From Macrostomum hystrix (taxonomy: Eukaryota > Animalia > Platyhelminthes): a stretch of DNA of 64,000 nt. The stretch lies in NCBI GenBank assembly GCA_950097015.1, contig CATNEN010000039.1, positions 9,176,001 to 9,240,000 on the forward strand, read 5' to 3'. Positions 38,901 to 47,714 of the stretch are shown here, piece after piece (position 1 is the stretch's first letter; each line of letters begins with the position of its first letter). The notes under the pieces were generated by a model that did not search any database, was not told where the DNA came from, and saw only the letters and a list, made by a program, of their open reading frames with translations. The position numbers and the translations under genes are program-made.

Positions 38901-40289
38901 GGGCGAAATTGAAGTCACTTAGTTTGAAATAGAAGTTAAAAAACCAATGTTACTCGCAATTGAGCAGGCAGTCGGGATGGAGCAGCAGGATAAGAAGAGT
39001 TAACTCACCCGCATTAAATTCGTTCTGGCCGGGTTCATCCGCTCTGACCAGAGCTCCGGCCACATGTAGTCCGAGCTCTCAATGTTGTACTCCGTTCGCA
39101 CGCATAGGCCCTCCTTCACGTGCTGACAGTCTCGATCAACCGTCGCCTGAAACAGTGCCTCATTTGAGTATTCAACGTGCACCTTAGCAAGGCACAGAGC
39201 GTTTCTCTTCAACTGGGAGCTGTTGAACGCGGTCATGTTGAAGCACAGCAGCGGCGGAGAGTCGTCAAATTTGAAGGCCGGGAGGAATGGAGTATAGCAA
39301 TTGCAGCGGTTGTAGTACATTCTGGCGGATACTAGCACCTTGCAGAGGTTATAATCCAGCTTGATTGGTCTTGCTTCTTGCAACGAGGTGTCATACATAG
39401 ATTCGTAGAACTCCCGATCTCTGCAGTGCCGCTTCTGCTTCAACAAATGCGTTACCACAGCTTTAAAATTAATCCGCTGGGCGTGTCCTGGCACAATGAG
39501 GATGCCCTCGTCCGTTGGTAGCGTGTCTGGATCGTGCAGATACAGCCGGGTGCCCTGGTGAAAGTAGGCCGAGTTGAAGCGCATGTAGGACGCGAAGTCG
39601 TTCATGAGAAAGAAGAACAGGGCTTGAAGGCCATGATGAGCATCGCGCTTGAAAATATGGCTAGTGCGGAGGGTCATGCAGGGCGTGCGGTAGCGTCCGA
39701 AGTAGGTGCTGGCGGTTAGAACACCGCTCTGATTGATAGGGTCGATTTTCAGTGTCTCAATGTTGGCATCGATCTGCATGTTGAGCGAGATGGCCCGCTG
39801 GCCCGTGTTGAAGCCAATCTGAATGATGTTCTTCTGCAGCTCGTTAAGCGAGCCCATAGGTAGCGTTGACAGCGCGAGCGTCAAGTTCACAAGTACCTGG
39901 TCTTCCGATTTGATTTCGCTATCGTTAACTTCTTTGTCTCGAAACAGTTTGAAAAATTCAAACAGCTCCTTGGAGTTCTCGTATTTGGAGGCATTTTCTA
40001 GCACCTGATTCCACTTCTCGAAGGTATCCGGCGATGACAGTGTCACGGGCACCTGGTTGCACAGCGTCACATCGGGCCACTCCATCAGCTCCGAGTTGGA
40101 AAAGTAGGACGTCAGCAGCGGCAGCGAGTAGAAGTGGTCGAGAGTGAAAGACACATTGTAGACGAACGCCAACAGGCCGCCAACACAGAGGGTGGCCCAG
40201 AATAGCTGGCCAAGCCGGCTGTGGGAGTTGGCCGCGTGCGCCAGGCCGTGAACTGTGGAGCGCTGGAAGACTTCGTTCAGCTGCTGCAT
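23944..40289 (-). CDS. DEG/ENaC (amiloride-sensitive sodium channel family) subunit, 3 exons, ~652 aa
   Basis: Exons 40289-39009 (STVHGL 'HG' motif, TM1, WPDVTLCN, Cys-rich thumb, donor CGG|GTGAGT), 25754-25593 (acceptor CCCCAG, donor AAG|GTGAGA) and 24459-23944 (SDIGGQLGLYLGVSIV TM2/filter). Both introns are phase 0. Confidence 0.85.
24617..24825 (-). mobile_element. tRNA-derived SINE, family A (internally deleted)
   Basis: CGCAGGCACACGCTCACA...TCGTCAGGCAGTGTACACTC...GTTAACCGCTCCGCCACTGACCC matches 1-229. Confidence 0.65.
24935..25592. repeat. 16-bp minisatellite abutting the ENaC intron-2 donor
   Basis: Unit TCACTGTCACTCT[CC/GC]C. On the minus strand the array begins at the GTGAGAGTG donor. 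Confidence 0.92.
25905..26137 (-). mobile_element. tRNA-derived SINE, family A
   Basis: TCGTCAGGCAGTGTACACC...GAATCGAGCTCAGGAAACTTGGTGCGAGGCAAACGCGTT matches the other copies. Confidence 0.7.
26765..27432. repeat. 17-bp minisatellite
   Basis: Unit AAGAAACACATGATCCC. Confidence 0.93.
27530..27803 (-). mobile_element. tRNA-derived SINE, family B
   Basis: Minus-strand head AGCTTAGTATTTGAGCG...GGTCGGGGGTTCGATTTCC (B box). The body with CAGTCCATGGACTG is homologous to 57593-57850. Confidence 0.55.
28296..29845 (-). mobile_element. IS630/Tc1/mariner-superfamily DNA transposon, full length, inactive
   Basis: 161-bp TIRs (28296-28456 and 29685-29845, several mismatches) flanked by TA on both sides, enclosing a disrupted transposase. 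Confidence 0.88.
28560..29626 (-). pseudogene. Disrupted DDE transposase
   Basis: N-terminal HTH (MAPQISVRDRQRIV...GVSKTSIYRI...PRGG), LYLDESGFN near 29150-29122, then IFMDGPNFH and ILPPYSQFLNPTE. Broken by a stop at 29405 and frameshifts. Confidence 0.85.
29880..30307. mobile_element. CAGTAG MITE family copy
   Basis: TTAA|CAGTAGAAGGACCACG...GACCGATTTTCGTGAAAGTCCACCAT...TGGTCTTTCTACTG. Confidence 0.75.
30375..31550 (-). CDS. Intronless rhodopsin-like (class A) GPCR, peptide-receptor-like orphan, ~391 aa
   Basis: ATG at 31550 (MNNSAS, N-glycosylation sequon). Seven hydrophobic segments: TM1 GVVGN, TM2 IALVD, TM3 GC...MVADRT (DRY-like), TM6 FNLP, TM7 ACNF...N.KFR. Confidence 0.82.
   Translation of the reverse strand: MNNSASSEVIFIYYQTLTSMLTVCPGSDDQASAFLCTTATIEGFVAGCVVPLIICFGVVGNCLVGYATLRRLRPLTRQNAYFGCIALVDSVCLTGHGLVSGFLDRGLPWLSHGRFGAILYNLGPAGCRITFVAMSFCQVAPVCLLLAMVADRTLSLLAPFLFRRLGPTAAFRSMLLAALVAALIAGPVYFMSSVVSFQLSRNIVMLACDFSGGPLLALLYWNLVCDQPVFFLIIIALLNCLLIDRMIRAARHRRRDLAEHARVRRGRYLSGAVETLSMSILTLGFNLPPLALYWLPRSWFSIKHDPVIVRIQTGWLYVLRDMALASMACNFLVMMRGNRKFRCYMLTLISGTESGSAAQPLPPMPRQAGRHSAAASSSAALTEQRQRISRL
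32035..32144. mobile_element. CAGTAG MITE left end, truncated at junction with LTR pol remnant
   Basis: TTAA|CAGTAGAAAGAGCACG..., and ~65 nt nearly identical to 22796-22863. Confidence 0.7.
32145..33981 (+). pseudogene. Decayed LTR-retrotransposon pol fragment (protease end, RT, RNase H)
   Basis: FDLLLGMD (protease end), KVRPVMDYRELN, IIDLRKAYLQ, LGFGLNVAP, SYIDD, WCDASS, HINLAELEA, IMTDS. Frameshifted; no integrase or LTRs seen. Confidence 0.85.
34021..34872. repeat. 37-bp minisatellite with internal 14-bp palindrome
   Basis: Unit TGACCGATGCCGCTGCTTAAGCAGCCATAGACTGTTC, 23 copies, one visible substitution (~34597). Confidence 0.96.
35690..36217. repeat. 13-bp minisatellite
   Basis: Unit TTCATAGC[A/G]TGCG, ~40 copies. 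Confidence 0.95.
37880..38035 (+). mobile_element. Diverged SINE family A copy
   Basis: GCCTCGCCCACCAAGGTTCCTGAGTTCGATTCC...GTACACTGCCTGAC. Confidence 0.5.
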
Positions 40290-40761
40290 GCTTCTTCGGC
40301 TTCGGTTGAATTTTTTGCTGCCTGTTTAGTTGCTATTAATGTGGCTTCCGTCATGCGTGGACAGCCGCTGTCAGTGTCCTGAAAGCCTGCTTCTAAGACT
40401 TCATGGCCGGGTTGCGAGTCGTGAATTTCCGCGCTTCTTTTGCAGCTGTGGTTACTTTAGAAGAAGAGATGGGGGAGGAGAGGCCGAGAGCGAGACGGTC
40501 AGCCGTCCAATCAGGTCATTGGGATAGCTTCTTTGAAAATAGCTACTTCCAATTCGATTCGTGTCCTTCATTTTTCTATGCTTAGAAAATCTGATATGTA
40601 CTTTTAGCATCACAAATTAGATGGCATACTTACTGGTACGTCTTTTTCCAAAGTTATTTTTACTGTACTTTGTTAAGAGGCTATCAGTCATTTGTCGTTC
40701 GCTTAATTGATAGGTGCAAATGTTGCCCCAATTGCGCCAGGTTTGCAGCAGGTTTGCAGCA

Positions 40762-40848
40762 GACTCCTGTGGAGTCGGGAATCGAACCCCAAACCTTCAA
40801 TTGGTCGGATCTTTGAGTCCGACGCCCAAACAACTAGGCTACGGCCCC
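40762..40848 (-). mobile_element. tRNA-like head of SINE family B
   Basis: Minus strand GGGGCCGTAGCCTAGTTGTTTGGGCGTCGGACTCAAAGAT...GGGGTTCGATTCCCGACTCC, similar to 57593-57655. Confidence 0.55.
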
Positions 40849-41418
40849 ATGTATTGGAAAGCAAGATTCTATTTTATGAAACGCTTTTATGCAAAGTTGC
40901 ATAATATTAAGCAAACGAGTCTACTTTTTTTAGCCTTCTGGCCCGAAAAGGGTCTTGCTGCAATGAACTCTAGCGGACGACAAATAGTTCATTTCTGCAT
41001 TCTCTTGTTTATGCATTTTATGTGCCTCTATTTCTGCCCTACATGGCAGATGCCAGACAGAACAGTTCCTCTAGCACCGGTACATTCACAACATTCGATT
41101 TATGTTCACTGGGAAATAACAGCACAGTAAATTTAGCAAACATGGGGACTTCACATGGATGTCAGTGTCGGGGAAAACTTTGACCGTGTAGTCCCTAGGC
41201 CAGCTTTCCGCATTGCTTAAACTCCGCAATGCAAAATGTTTTGAGTGAAATGATGGAAATGACGGGACATCCACTTACAAAGCCGAAGTAGCTGGGTATC
41301 CAACAGTAGATATCATCAGAAGCTACAGACCCTTGCCCTTCTTTTCCCCTATTGGATACTGAAACAACCATCGGCTTGTAGACACAAATGCGAAGTACTG
41401 ATGATGCAAAGTCACTAG

Positions 41419-42120
41419 TCTAAATCACTGACGGTACCCAGACACGAATCTAAATCACTGACGATACCCAGACACGAATCTAAATCACTGACGATACCCA
41501 GACACGAATCTAAATCACTGACGATACCCAGACACGAATCTAAATCACTGACGATACCCAGACACGAATCTAAATCACTGACGATACCCAGACACGAATC
41601 TAAATCACTGACAGTATCCAGACACGAATCTAAATCACTGACAGTATCCAGACACGAATCTAAATCACTGACAGTACCCAGACACGAATCTAAATCACTG
41701 ACAGTACCCAGCCACGAATGTAAATCACTGACAGTATCCAGACACGAATCTAAATCACTGACAGTACCCAGACACGAATCTAAATCACTGACAGTACCCA
41801 GACACGAATCTAAATCACTGACATTATCCAGACACGAATCTAAATCACTGACAGTACCCAGACACGAATCTAAATCACTGACATTATCCAGACACGAATC
41901 TAAATCACTGACAGTATCCAGACACGAATCTAAATCACTGACAGTACCCAGACACGAATCTAAATCACTGACAGTACCCAGCCACGAATGTAAATCACTG
42001 ACAGTACCCAGCCACGAATGTAAATCACTGACAGTACCCAGCCACGAATGTAAATCACTGACAGTATCCAGACACGAATCTAAATCACTGACAGTACCCA
42101 GACAGGAATCTAAATCACCG
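41419..42120. repeat. 30-bp minisatellite
   Basis: Unit TAAATCACTGACAGTACCCAGACACGAATC, ~23 copies. Confidence 0.95.
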
Positions 42121-42705
42121 ACGTGTTTCAGGCTAAATGGTACTATGGCAGGTAAGTTTAGGTTATAGTTGGTGAGTTGAAAACTGAGATTTAAAGTGCA
42201 ATGCCATTAAATGCACAGTGGTCTGAACCAGTTCTTAACTTAGATTTTTCTTCGCATCGTCGCGTGCTGTCAGACCAATTTTTTGTCCATTTTCCGCTGG
42301 CCGCGGTTGCAAAAGTCGGCGATTTTATTGGAATTTAAAAATTAACATCAGGAAAGTTCATTACTGGACGCTTTTGAAAGCAGAAAAGGGTTACAGCTCT
42401 GGAAGACTGAGCAATCAGTTGCAGGTGGCCCATTCGACTCTCTTCCTGTTCCCAGGAAATCCATTTTAGCTACCCCCGATTCTAAGCGTACATATTACTG
42501 TGAACTAAACTTCACAGCAATATAAAAGGTTCAGTTAAACGTGTGAATCAGTTCTCTACTAGTTTATCGGTATCTGAGATTCACAACTCTGTGAGAACAC
42601 AACCCTTATCGGCTTCTTCTTCTAAACTGCTAAATACAGAAGGCATACCTCATTGTGTATACTGTAGAAGGTCTACTGTAGATTGTAATTGTGTTTGGCG
42701 GAGCA

Positions 42706-43223
42706 AATGCTGAATGGGATGGGGATGCAGATGGTGAATGGGATGGGGATGCAGATGGTGAATGGGATGGGGATGCAGATGCAGAATGGGATGGGGATGC
42801 AGACGGTGAATGGGATGGGGATGCAGATGGTGAATGGGATGGGGATGCAGATGCAGAATGGGATGGGGATGCAGATGCTGAATGGGATGGGGATGCAGAT
42901 GCTGAATGGGATGGGGATGCAGATGCAGAATGGGATGGGGATGCAGATGCTGAATGGGATGGGGATGCAGATGCAGAATGGGATGGGGATGCAGATGCAA
43001 AATGGGATGGGGATGCAGATGCTGAATGGGATGGGGATGCAGATGCAGAATGGGATGGGGATGCAGATGCAGAATGGGATGGGGATGCAGATGCAGAATG
43101 GGATGGGGATGCAGATGCTGAATGGGATGGGGATGCAGATGCAGAATGGGATGGGGATGCAGATGCAGAATGGGATGGGGATGCAGATGCAGAATGGGAT
43201 GGGGATGCAGATGCAGATGCAGA
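42706..43223. repeat. 24-bp G-rich satellite, left arm
   Basis: Unit GAATGGGATGGGGATGCAGATGCA and variants, ~21 copies. Confidence 0.96.
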
Positions 43224-46200
43224 TGTAGTGCACTGCGTTGCCCTGTCCCTCCCACGCGGGCATAGTCAACGTGCACTGCTCTTGGCACGTACTGTATGTA
43301 TGCACGCACTGTTGCGTAATGCGCTCATGGCTGGACTGCACGTCGGCCTGCCTGCACTGGACGGCACTATATAACAACTCAAATATACGGCCCAAGAGGC
43401 CACGTTCCTTTCTCACTCAACTGCACTACAATGGCATCGCAAGTCAGTATTCAAACCCCACCCGCACTGGACCTGCGCACGGACCCTAGCACAGCCCAGA
43501 CAAAATGGAAGAAATGGCTCGCCCAGTTCCAGCTGTTCGCGGTCGCCGCAGGCATCGACGACAAGAAGCGGCTGCGCCAGCTGCTACTGTACACCGCCGG
43601 CGAGGACCTGCAGGCGATCGCGGCCGGCCTCACCAACGAGGCGGCGGGCAAGGACATCGATACACTCGTTGTCGCGCTCAATCAGCACTTCGACGGCAAG
43701 CGGAATCTGCCGTTCACCCGCTACCAGTTCAGGCTCTGCACTCAGCGCCCCGGTGAGCCCATAGACGACTGGCTCCAGCGCCTCAAGGACGCCGCCGACT
43801 GCTGCGCCTTCGGTGACCTGCGAGAGTCTCTGATCCGTGATCAGGTGATTGCCTGCTGCAGCTCCGACCAGCTCCGTCGAAAGCTGCTAGCCATCGATAA
43901 CGTGGACCTGGAGCAGGCGGTGCGGGCGGCCCGGGCCATGGAAGCGGCGGAGGCCCAAGCGAGCGTCATGGAGGCCAACGATGCGTCTGTGCAGCGGCTC
44001 CGACGTCAGGAGGCCGGTGCAGCAGCCCCTGCAGCGCGGCGGCCGACAGGGCAGCCGCAAGACAAGCAGCCGAACGGCAGGCAGACCAGGTGCATCAGGT
44101 GCGGAGCCCCCGGCCACCGCACGTGCAGCGCAGCCGAAGGCAAGACGTGCAACCGCTGCGGCAAGCGAAATCACCTGGCGAGGGCCTGCCTGTCCCGGCC
44201 GAAGGAAGACGTCCACGCCCTGCAGGCTGACAGCGACAGTTCAGCGGCGGAGGACGGCGTGTTCTGCCTGACCGTGGCAGCCACAGGAACCGCGGCAGCC
44301 GGAGCCCAGACGTCGGTGTTCGTCGGTTCAACGCAGCTGCCCGTGCTGGTGGACAGCGGCGCTGACTGCAACATCATCACCGAGCAGGCCTGGCGGACAC
44401 TGCCGGGACCCCCGCAGCTGCAGGCAACTCGCACGAAGATCTTCGCCTTCCGCTCGCCGAAGCCGCTCAGCACTCTGGGAGCCTGCAGCCTTCGGGTGTC
44501 AACGGGGCAGAACAGCAGGACGGTTCGCTTCATCGTCGTCCCCGGCGGCGGCACCAACATCCTGGGACGTGAGGCCTCGACTGCGCTCCGGCTCCTGAGC
44601 CTGGGGCCTCAGGTCCACGCGATCGAGGCAACCGAGACGGAGGACCCCGCTATCCAGGCGGTCGTCAGGCAATTTCCCGAGCTCTTCAGAGGCCTCGGCA
44701 AGGTCAAGGACGTCTCTGTGCAGATCAACATCAAATCCGACGCCAGACCAATCTGCCACCCGCCCTCCCGCGTTCCGGTGCACCTCCGGGAGGCGCTGGA
44801 CCGCGAGCTAGACGAGCAGGAGCAGCTGGGCATCATCCAGCCAGTCGAGGGCCCCACGCCGTGGGTCAGCCGCATCGTCGTGGTGCCGAAGGAGGACGGC
44901 AAGAGCGTGCGGATCACGCAGGATCTGCGCGACGTGAACAAGGCGGCGCTGAGGGAGCGACACCAGATCCCGACATTCGAGGAGGCGACAAGCGACATGG
45001 CTGGCTCATCGATCTTCAGCAAGCTCGACATCTTCAAAGCATTCCACCAGATTGAAATCAGCGAGGACAGCCGGAAGTACTTCGTGTTCTCAACGCCCCG
45101 AGGAATGCGGCAGTTGACTCGCCTGAGTATGGGATTCGCCTCTGCGTCAGAGATCCTACAGCGCGTGATGCAGCGAGTGCTGGAGGGCCTGACGGGTGTT
45201 AAGTGGATCCACGACGACATCATTGTCCACAGCCGAGACCTGAAGGCTCACAAGACTCACGTGGCTGCCTGCCTGACCAGACTGCGAGAGCACGGCATCA
45301 CCCTCAACGGCAGCAAGTGCCGCTGGGGGATCGGCAAGGCAAAGTTCATGGCGATGACGCTGTCCAAGTTTGGGATCCAGCCATCACAAGAGAAGATCGC
45401 CGAGCTGCAAGCCTTCAAAGACCCACAGTCCGTCAAGGAGGTCCGGTCGTTTCTCGGCCTGGCCAATCACCTGGAAAAGTTCATGCCCCAGCTAGCGGAC
45501 ATGGCGGAGCCGCTCAGGCGGCTGACACGGAATGGCCAGGAGTTTGTCTGGGACAGCGAGCAGCAGCAGGCCTTCCAGAACGTCAAGGACTGCATCTCGG
45601 AGAGCCGCACCCTGGCCTTCTTCGACAAACAGCTGCCAACAGAGCTGGTGGTCGATGCATCGCCCGCTGGCGTCGGCGCCATCCTGCAGCAGCGGCACCC
45701 CGGGGGGCAGACCCGGCCGGTGGCCTACGCGAGCCGCACCCTCAGCGAGGTCGAGCGGCGCTACAGCCAGATCGAGCGCGAGGCCCTGGGCGTCAAGTTC
45801 GGCTGCCTAAAGTTCGCGTTCTACCTGGAGGGCTGTCCTCATTTCGACGTCTACACCGACCACAAGCCGCTGCTGGGCATCTACAGGCCAGACTCCCGGC
45901 CACCGCCGCGACTCGAGCGCATCATGCTACAGACGCAGCACTTCTCGTTCACGCTACACTACCGCAAGGGCGAGGACAATCCGGCCGATCCCCTGAGCCG
46001 CAACCCGCTGCCGGAGACGTCGCCGGGCATGGACGTGGCCGCGGAGACCAGGCTGCTCAACGCCGTGGTCCAGGCCGCGACACCGAAGGGCCTGACGATG
46101 GACAGGATTCGCGCTGCAACCGAGAGGGACCCCGCCCTGACGGTCGTCATGCAAGCCCTAGCGACGGGCCACTGGCGCTGCGGCGCCGCGGCCCCGGCGC

Positions 46201-47714
46201 ACAGCTTCCGGTCCCTGAAGGATGAGCTCAGCGTCCACGACGGCGTGGTGCTCCGGGGCAGCAAGATCGTGATCCCGGCGGAGCTGCAGCAGCTGACCAT
46301 CGCACTGGCACACCAGGGTCACCTCGGCCAGAAGAAAACGTGCGACCGGCTGCAGCGGAAGGTCTGGTGGCCCGGCATGACACAGCAGGTCGAGGCCGTT
46401 GTCTCCCGCTGCCGCCCGTGCCAGGCGGCTCGACCGGACGGCGCCGTCAAGCAGCCGCCGATGCAACCGACACCGCTGCCCCCGGGGCCGTGGCAATCGC
46501 TGAGCGTGGACGTCTGCGGACCGTTCCCGACGGGCGAGAACGTGGTGGTCCTGGTGGACTACTTCAGCCGGTACCCGGACACTTACGTGGTGCGCAGCCT
46601 CACGAGCGCCAGCATCATCACCTGCGCCATGGCCTCGTTCAGTCGCTTCGGCGTGCCACAGCAGATCACCACGGACAACGCGACCTACTTCACGAGCGAG
46701 GAGTTTAAGGAGTTCCTCGACGGCCTCGGAGTCCAGCACCGCAGGGTCACCCCACTCTACCCGGCAGCGAACGGCGAGGTCGAGCGATTCAACCGCAGCC
46801 TCAACAAGTGTGTCAACGCCGCGGCAGCGGAGGGCAAGGACTGGCGCCGGGCCATCCATGAGTGGCTGCTCGGCTACCGCAACTCAGTGCACCGCGGCAC
46901 GGGCCGGTCGCCCAACGATCTCATGTTTAACAGGGCCGTAGGCGACCTCCTGCCGGCCGGCCCCGCGGAGCAGCTGGACGACGCCGGTCGGCAGCTGCAG
47001 CGTCATGACCGCAGCTACAAGCAGGCGATGCGCCGCGCGACTGACAAGCGACGAGCGGCAGCACCACACGGCATCGCGGCGGGCGCCCGCGTGCTGCTTA
47101 GGAACCGCGGCAAGGCCAAACTGCGGTGCCCGTTCGACCCGCGCCCCTGGCTCGTCAAAGCGGTCCACGGCGATGCACTGACGCTGGAGAGAGGCGAGGC
47201 CGTGCTGCGGCGGCACGTGACTGAGACCAAGCCGCTGCGCGAGTGCCCCTGGGAGCCAGACGAACCGCGGGACGGCCGGCCCGCTCATCCGCAGCCCGCC
47301 ACAGACGGCGGCGCCACGGACGGTGCCATAGCGCAGAGGCCCCACCCCAGGCAGGCTAAGAGGCACATCTGCTATAAGGAGTGACTGTAGTGACAGGGCC
47401 TGAGAGGCATCTTTCCATGCGAACTATTTGCGTTTTTTTGCGTTCTGATTTTTCAAGACCCACTCAATGCGCCGCGCGTTTGACCTTTTTACTCTGAGGG
47501 GGAGAGATGTAGTGCACTGCGTTGCCCTGTCCCTCCCACGCGGGCATAGTCAACGTGCACTGCTCTTGGCACGTACTGTATGTATGCACGCACTGTTGCG
47601 TAATGCGCTCATGGCTGGACTGCACGTCGGCCTGCCTGCACTGGACGGCACTATATAACAACTCAAATATACGGCCCAAGAGGCCACGTTCCTTTCTCAC
47701 TCAACTGCACTACA
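43224..47714 (+). mobile_element. Full-length Ty3/Gypsy LTR retrotransposon (Mag-like architecture), apparently intact
   Basis: LTRs 43224-43430 and 47508-47714 (207 bp, no differences found by eye, TGTAGTGCA...TGCACTACA ends). PBS-like TGG at 43432, PPT GAGGGGGAGAGA at 47496-47507, single gag-pol ORF. Confidence 0.96.
43431..47384 (+). CDS. Gag-Pol polyprotein (Gag, Zn knuckles, protease, RT, RNase H, integrase), 1317 aa
   Basis: CIRCGAPGH / CNRCGKRNHLARAC knuckles, LVDSGA protease, KLDIFKAFHQ and WIHDD RT, VDAS..YSQIEREAL..TDH RNase H, HQGH..CRPC Zn finger, and D-D-E integrase (VDVCGP, TDNA, GEVER). Confidence 0.95.
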   Translation: MASQVSIQTPPALDLRTDPSTAQTKWKKWLAQFQLFAVAAGIDDKKRLRQLLLYTAGEDLQAIAAGLTNEAAGKDIDTLVVALNQHFDGKRNLPFTRYQFRLCTQRPGEPIDDWLQRLKDAADCCAFGDLRESLIRDQVIACCSSDQLRRKLLAIDNVDLEQAVRAARAMEAAEAQASVMEANDASVQRLRRQEAGAAAPAARRPTGQPQDKQPNGRQTRCIRCGAPGHRTCSAAEGKTCNRCGKRNHLARACLSRPKEDVHALQADSDSSAAEDGVFCLTVAATGTAAAGAQTSVFVGSTQLPVLVDSGADCNIITEQAWRTLPGPPQLQATRTKIFAFRSPKPLSTLGACSLRVSTGQNSRTVRFIVVPGGGTNILGREASTALRLLSLGPQVHAIEATETEDPAIQAVVRQFPELFRGLGKVKDVSVQINIKSDARPICHPPSRVPVHLREALDRELDEQEQLGIIQPVEGPTPWVSRIVVVPKEDGKSVRITQDLRDVNKAALRERHQIPTFEEATSDMAGSSIFSKLDIFKAFHQIEISEDSRKYFVFSTPRGMRQLTRLSMGFASASEILQRVMQRVLEGLTGVKWIHDDIIVHSRDLKAHKTHVAACLTRLREHGITLNGSKCRWGIGKAKFMAMTLSKFGIQPSQEKIAELQAFKDPQSVKEVRSFLGLANHLEKFMPQLADMAEPLRRLTRNGQEFVWDSEQQQAFQNVKDCISESRTLAFFDKQLPTELVVDASPAGVGAILQQRHPGGQTRPVAYASRTLSEVERRYSQIEREALGVKFGCLKFAFYLEGCPHFDVYTDHKPLLGIYRPDSRPPPRLERIMLQTQHFSFTLHYRKGEDNPADPLSRNPLPETSPGMDVAAETRLLNAVVQAATPKGLTMDRIRAATERDPALTVVMQALATGHWRCGAAAPAHSFRSLKDELSVHDGVVLRGSKIVIPAELQQLTIALAHQGHLGQKKTCDRLQRKVWWPGMTQQVEAVVSRCRPCQAARPDGAVKQPPMQPTPLPPGPWQSLSVDVCGPFPTGENVVVLVDYFSRYPDTYVVRSLTSASIITCAMASFSRFGVPQQITTDNATYFTSEEFKEFLDGLGVQHRRVTPLYPAANGEVERFNRSLNKCVNAAAAEGKDWRRAIHEWLLGYRNSVHRGTGRSPNDLMFNRAVGDLLPAGPAEQLDDAGRQLQRHDRSYKQAMRRATDKRRAAAPHGIAAGARVLLRNRGKAKLRCPFDPRPWLVKAVHGDALTLERGEAVLRRHVTETKPLRECPWEPDEPRDGRPAHPQPATDGGATDGAIAQRPHPRQAKRHICYKE

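Noticed and set aside
43451-47366. Antisense and alternate-frame ORFs over the Gypsy element, SUN, GPCR and ATPase exons
   Set aside because: Shadow ORFs of GC-rich coding sequence with no recognisable motifs.
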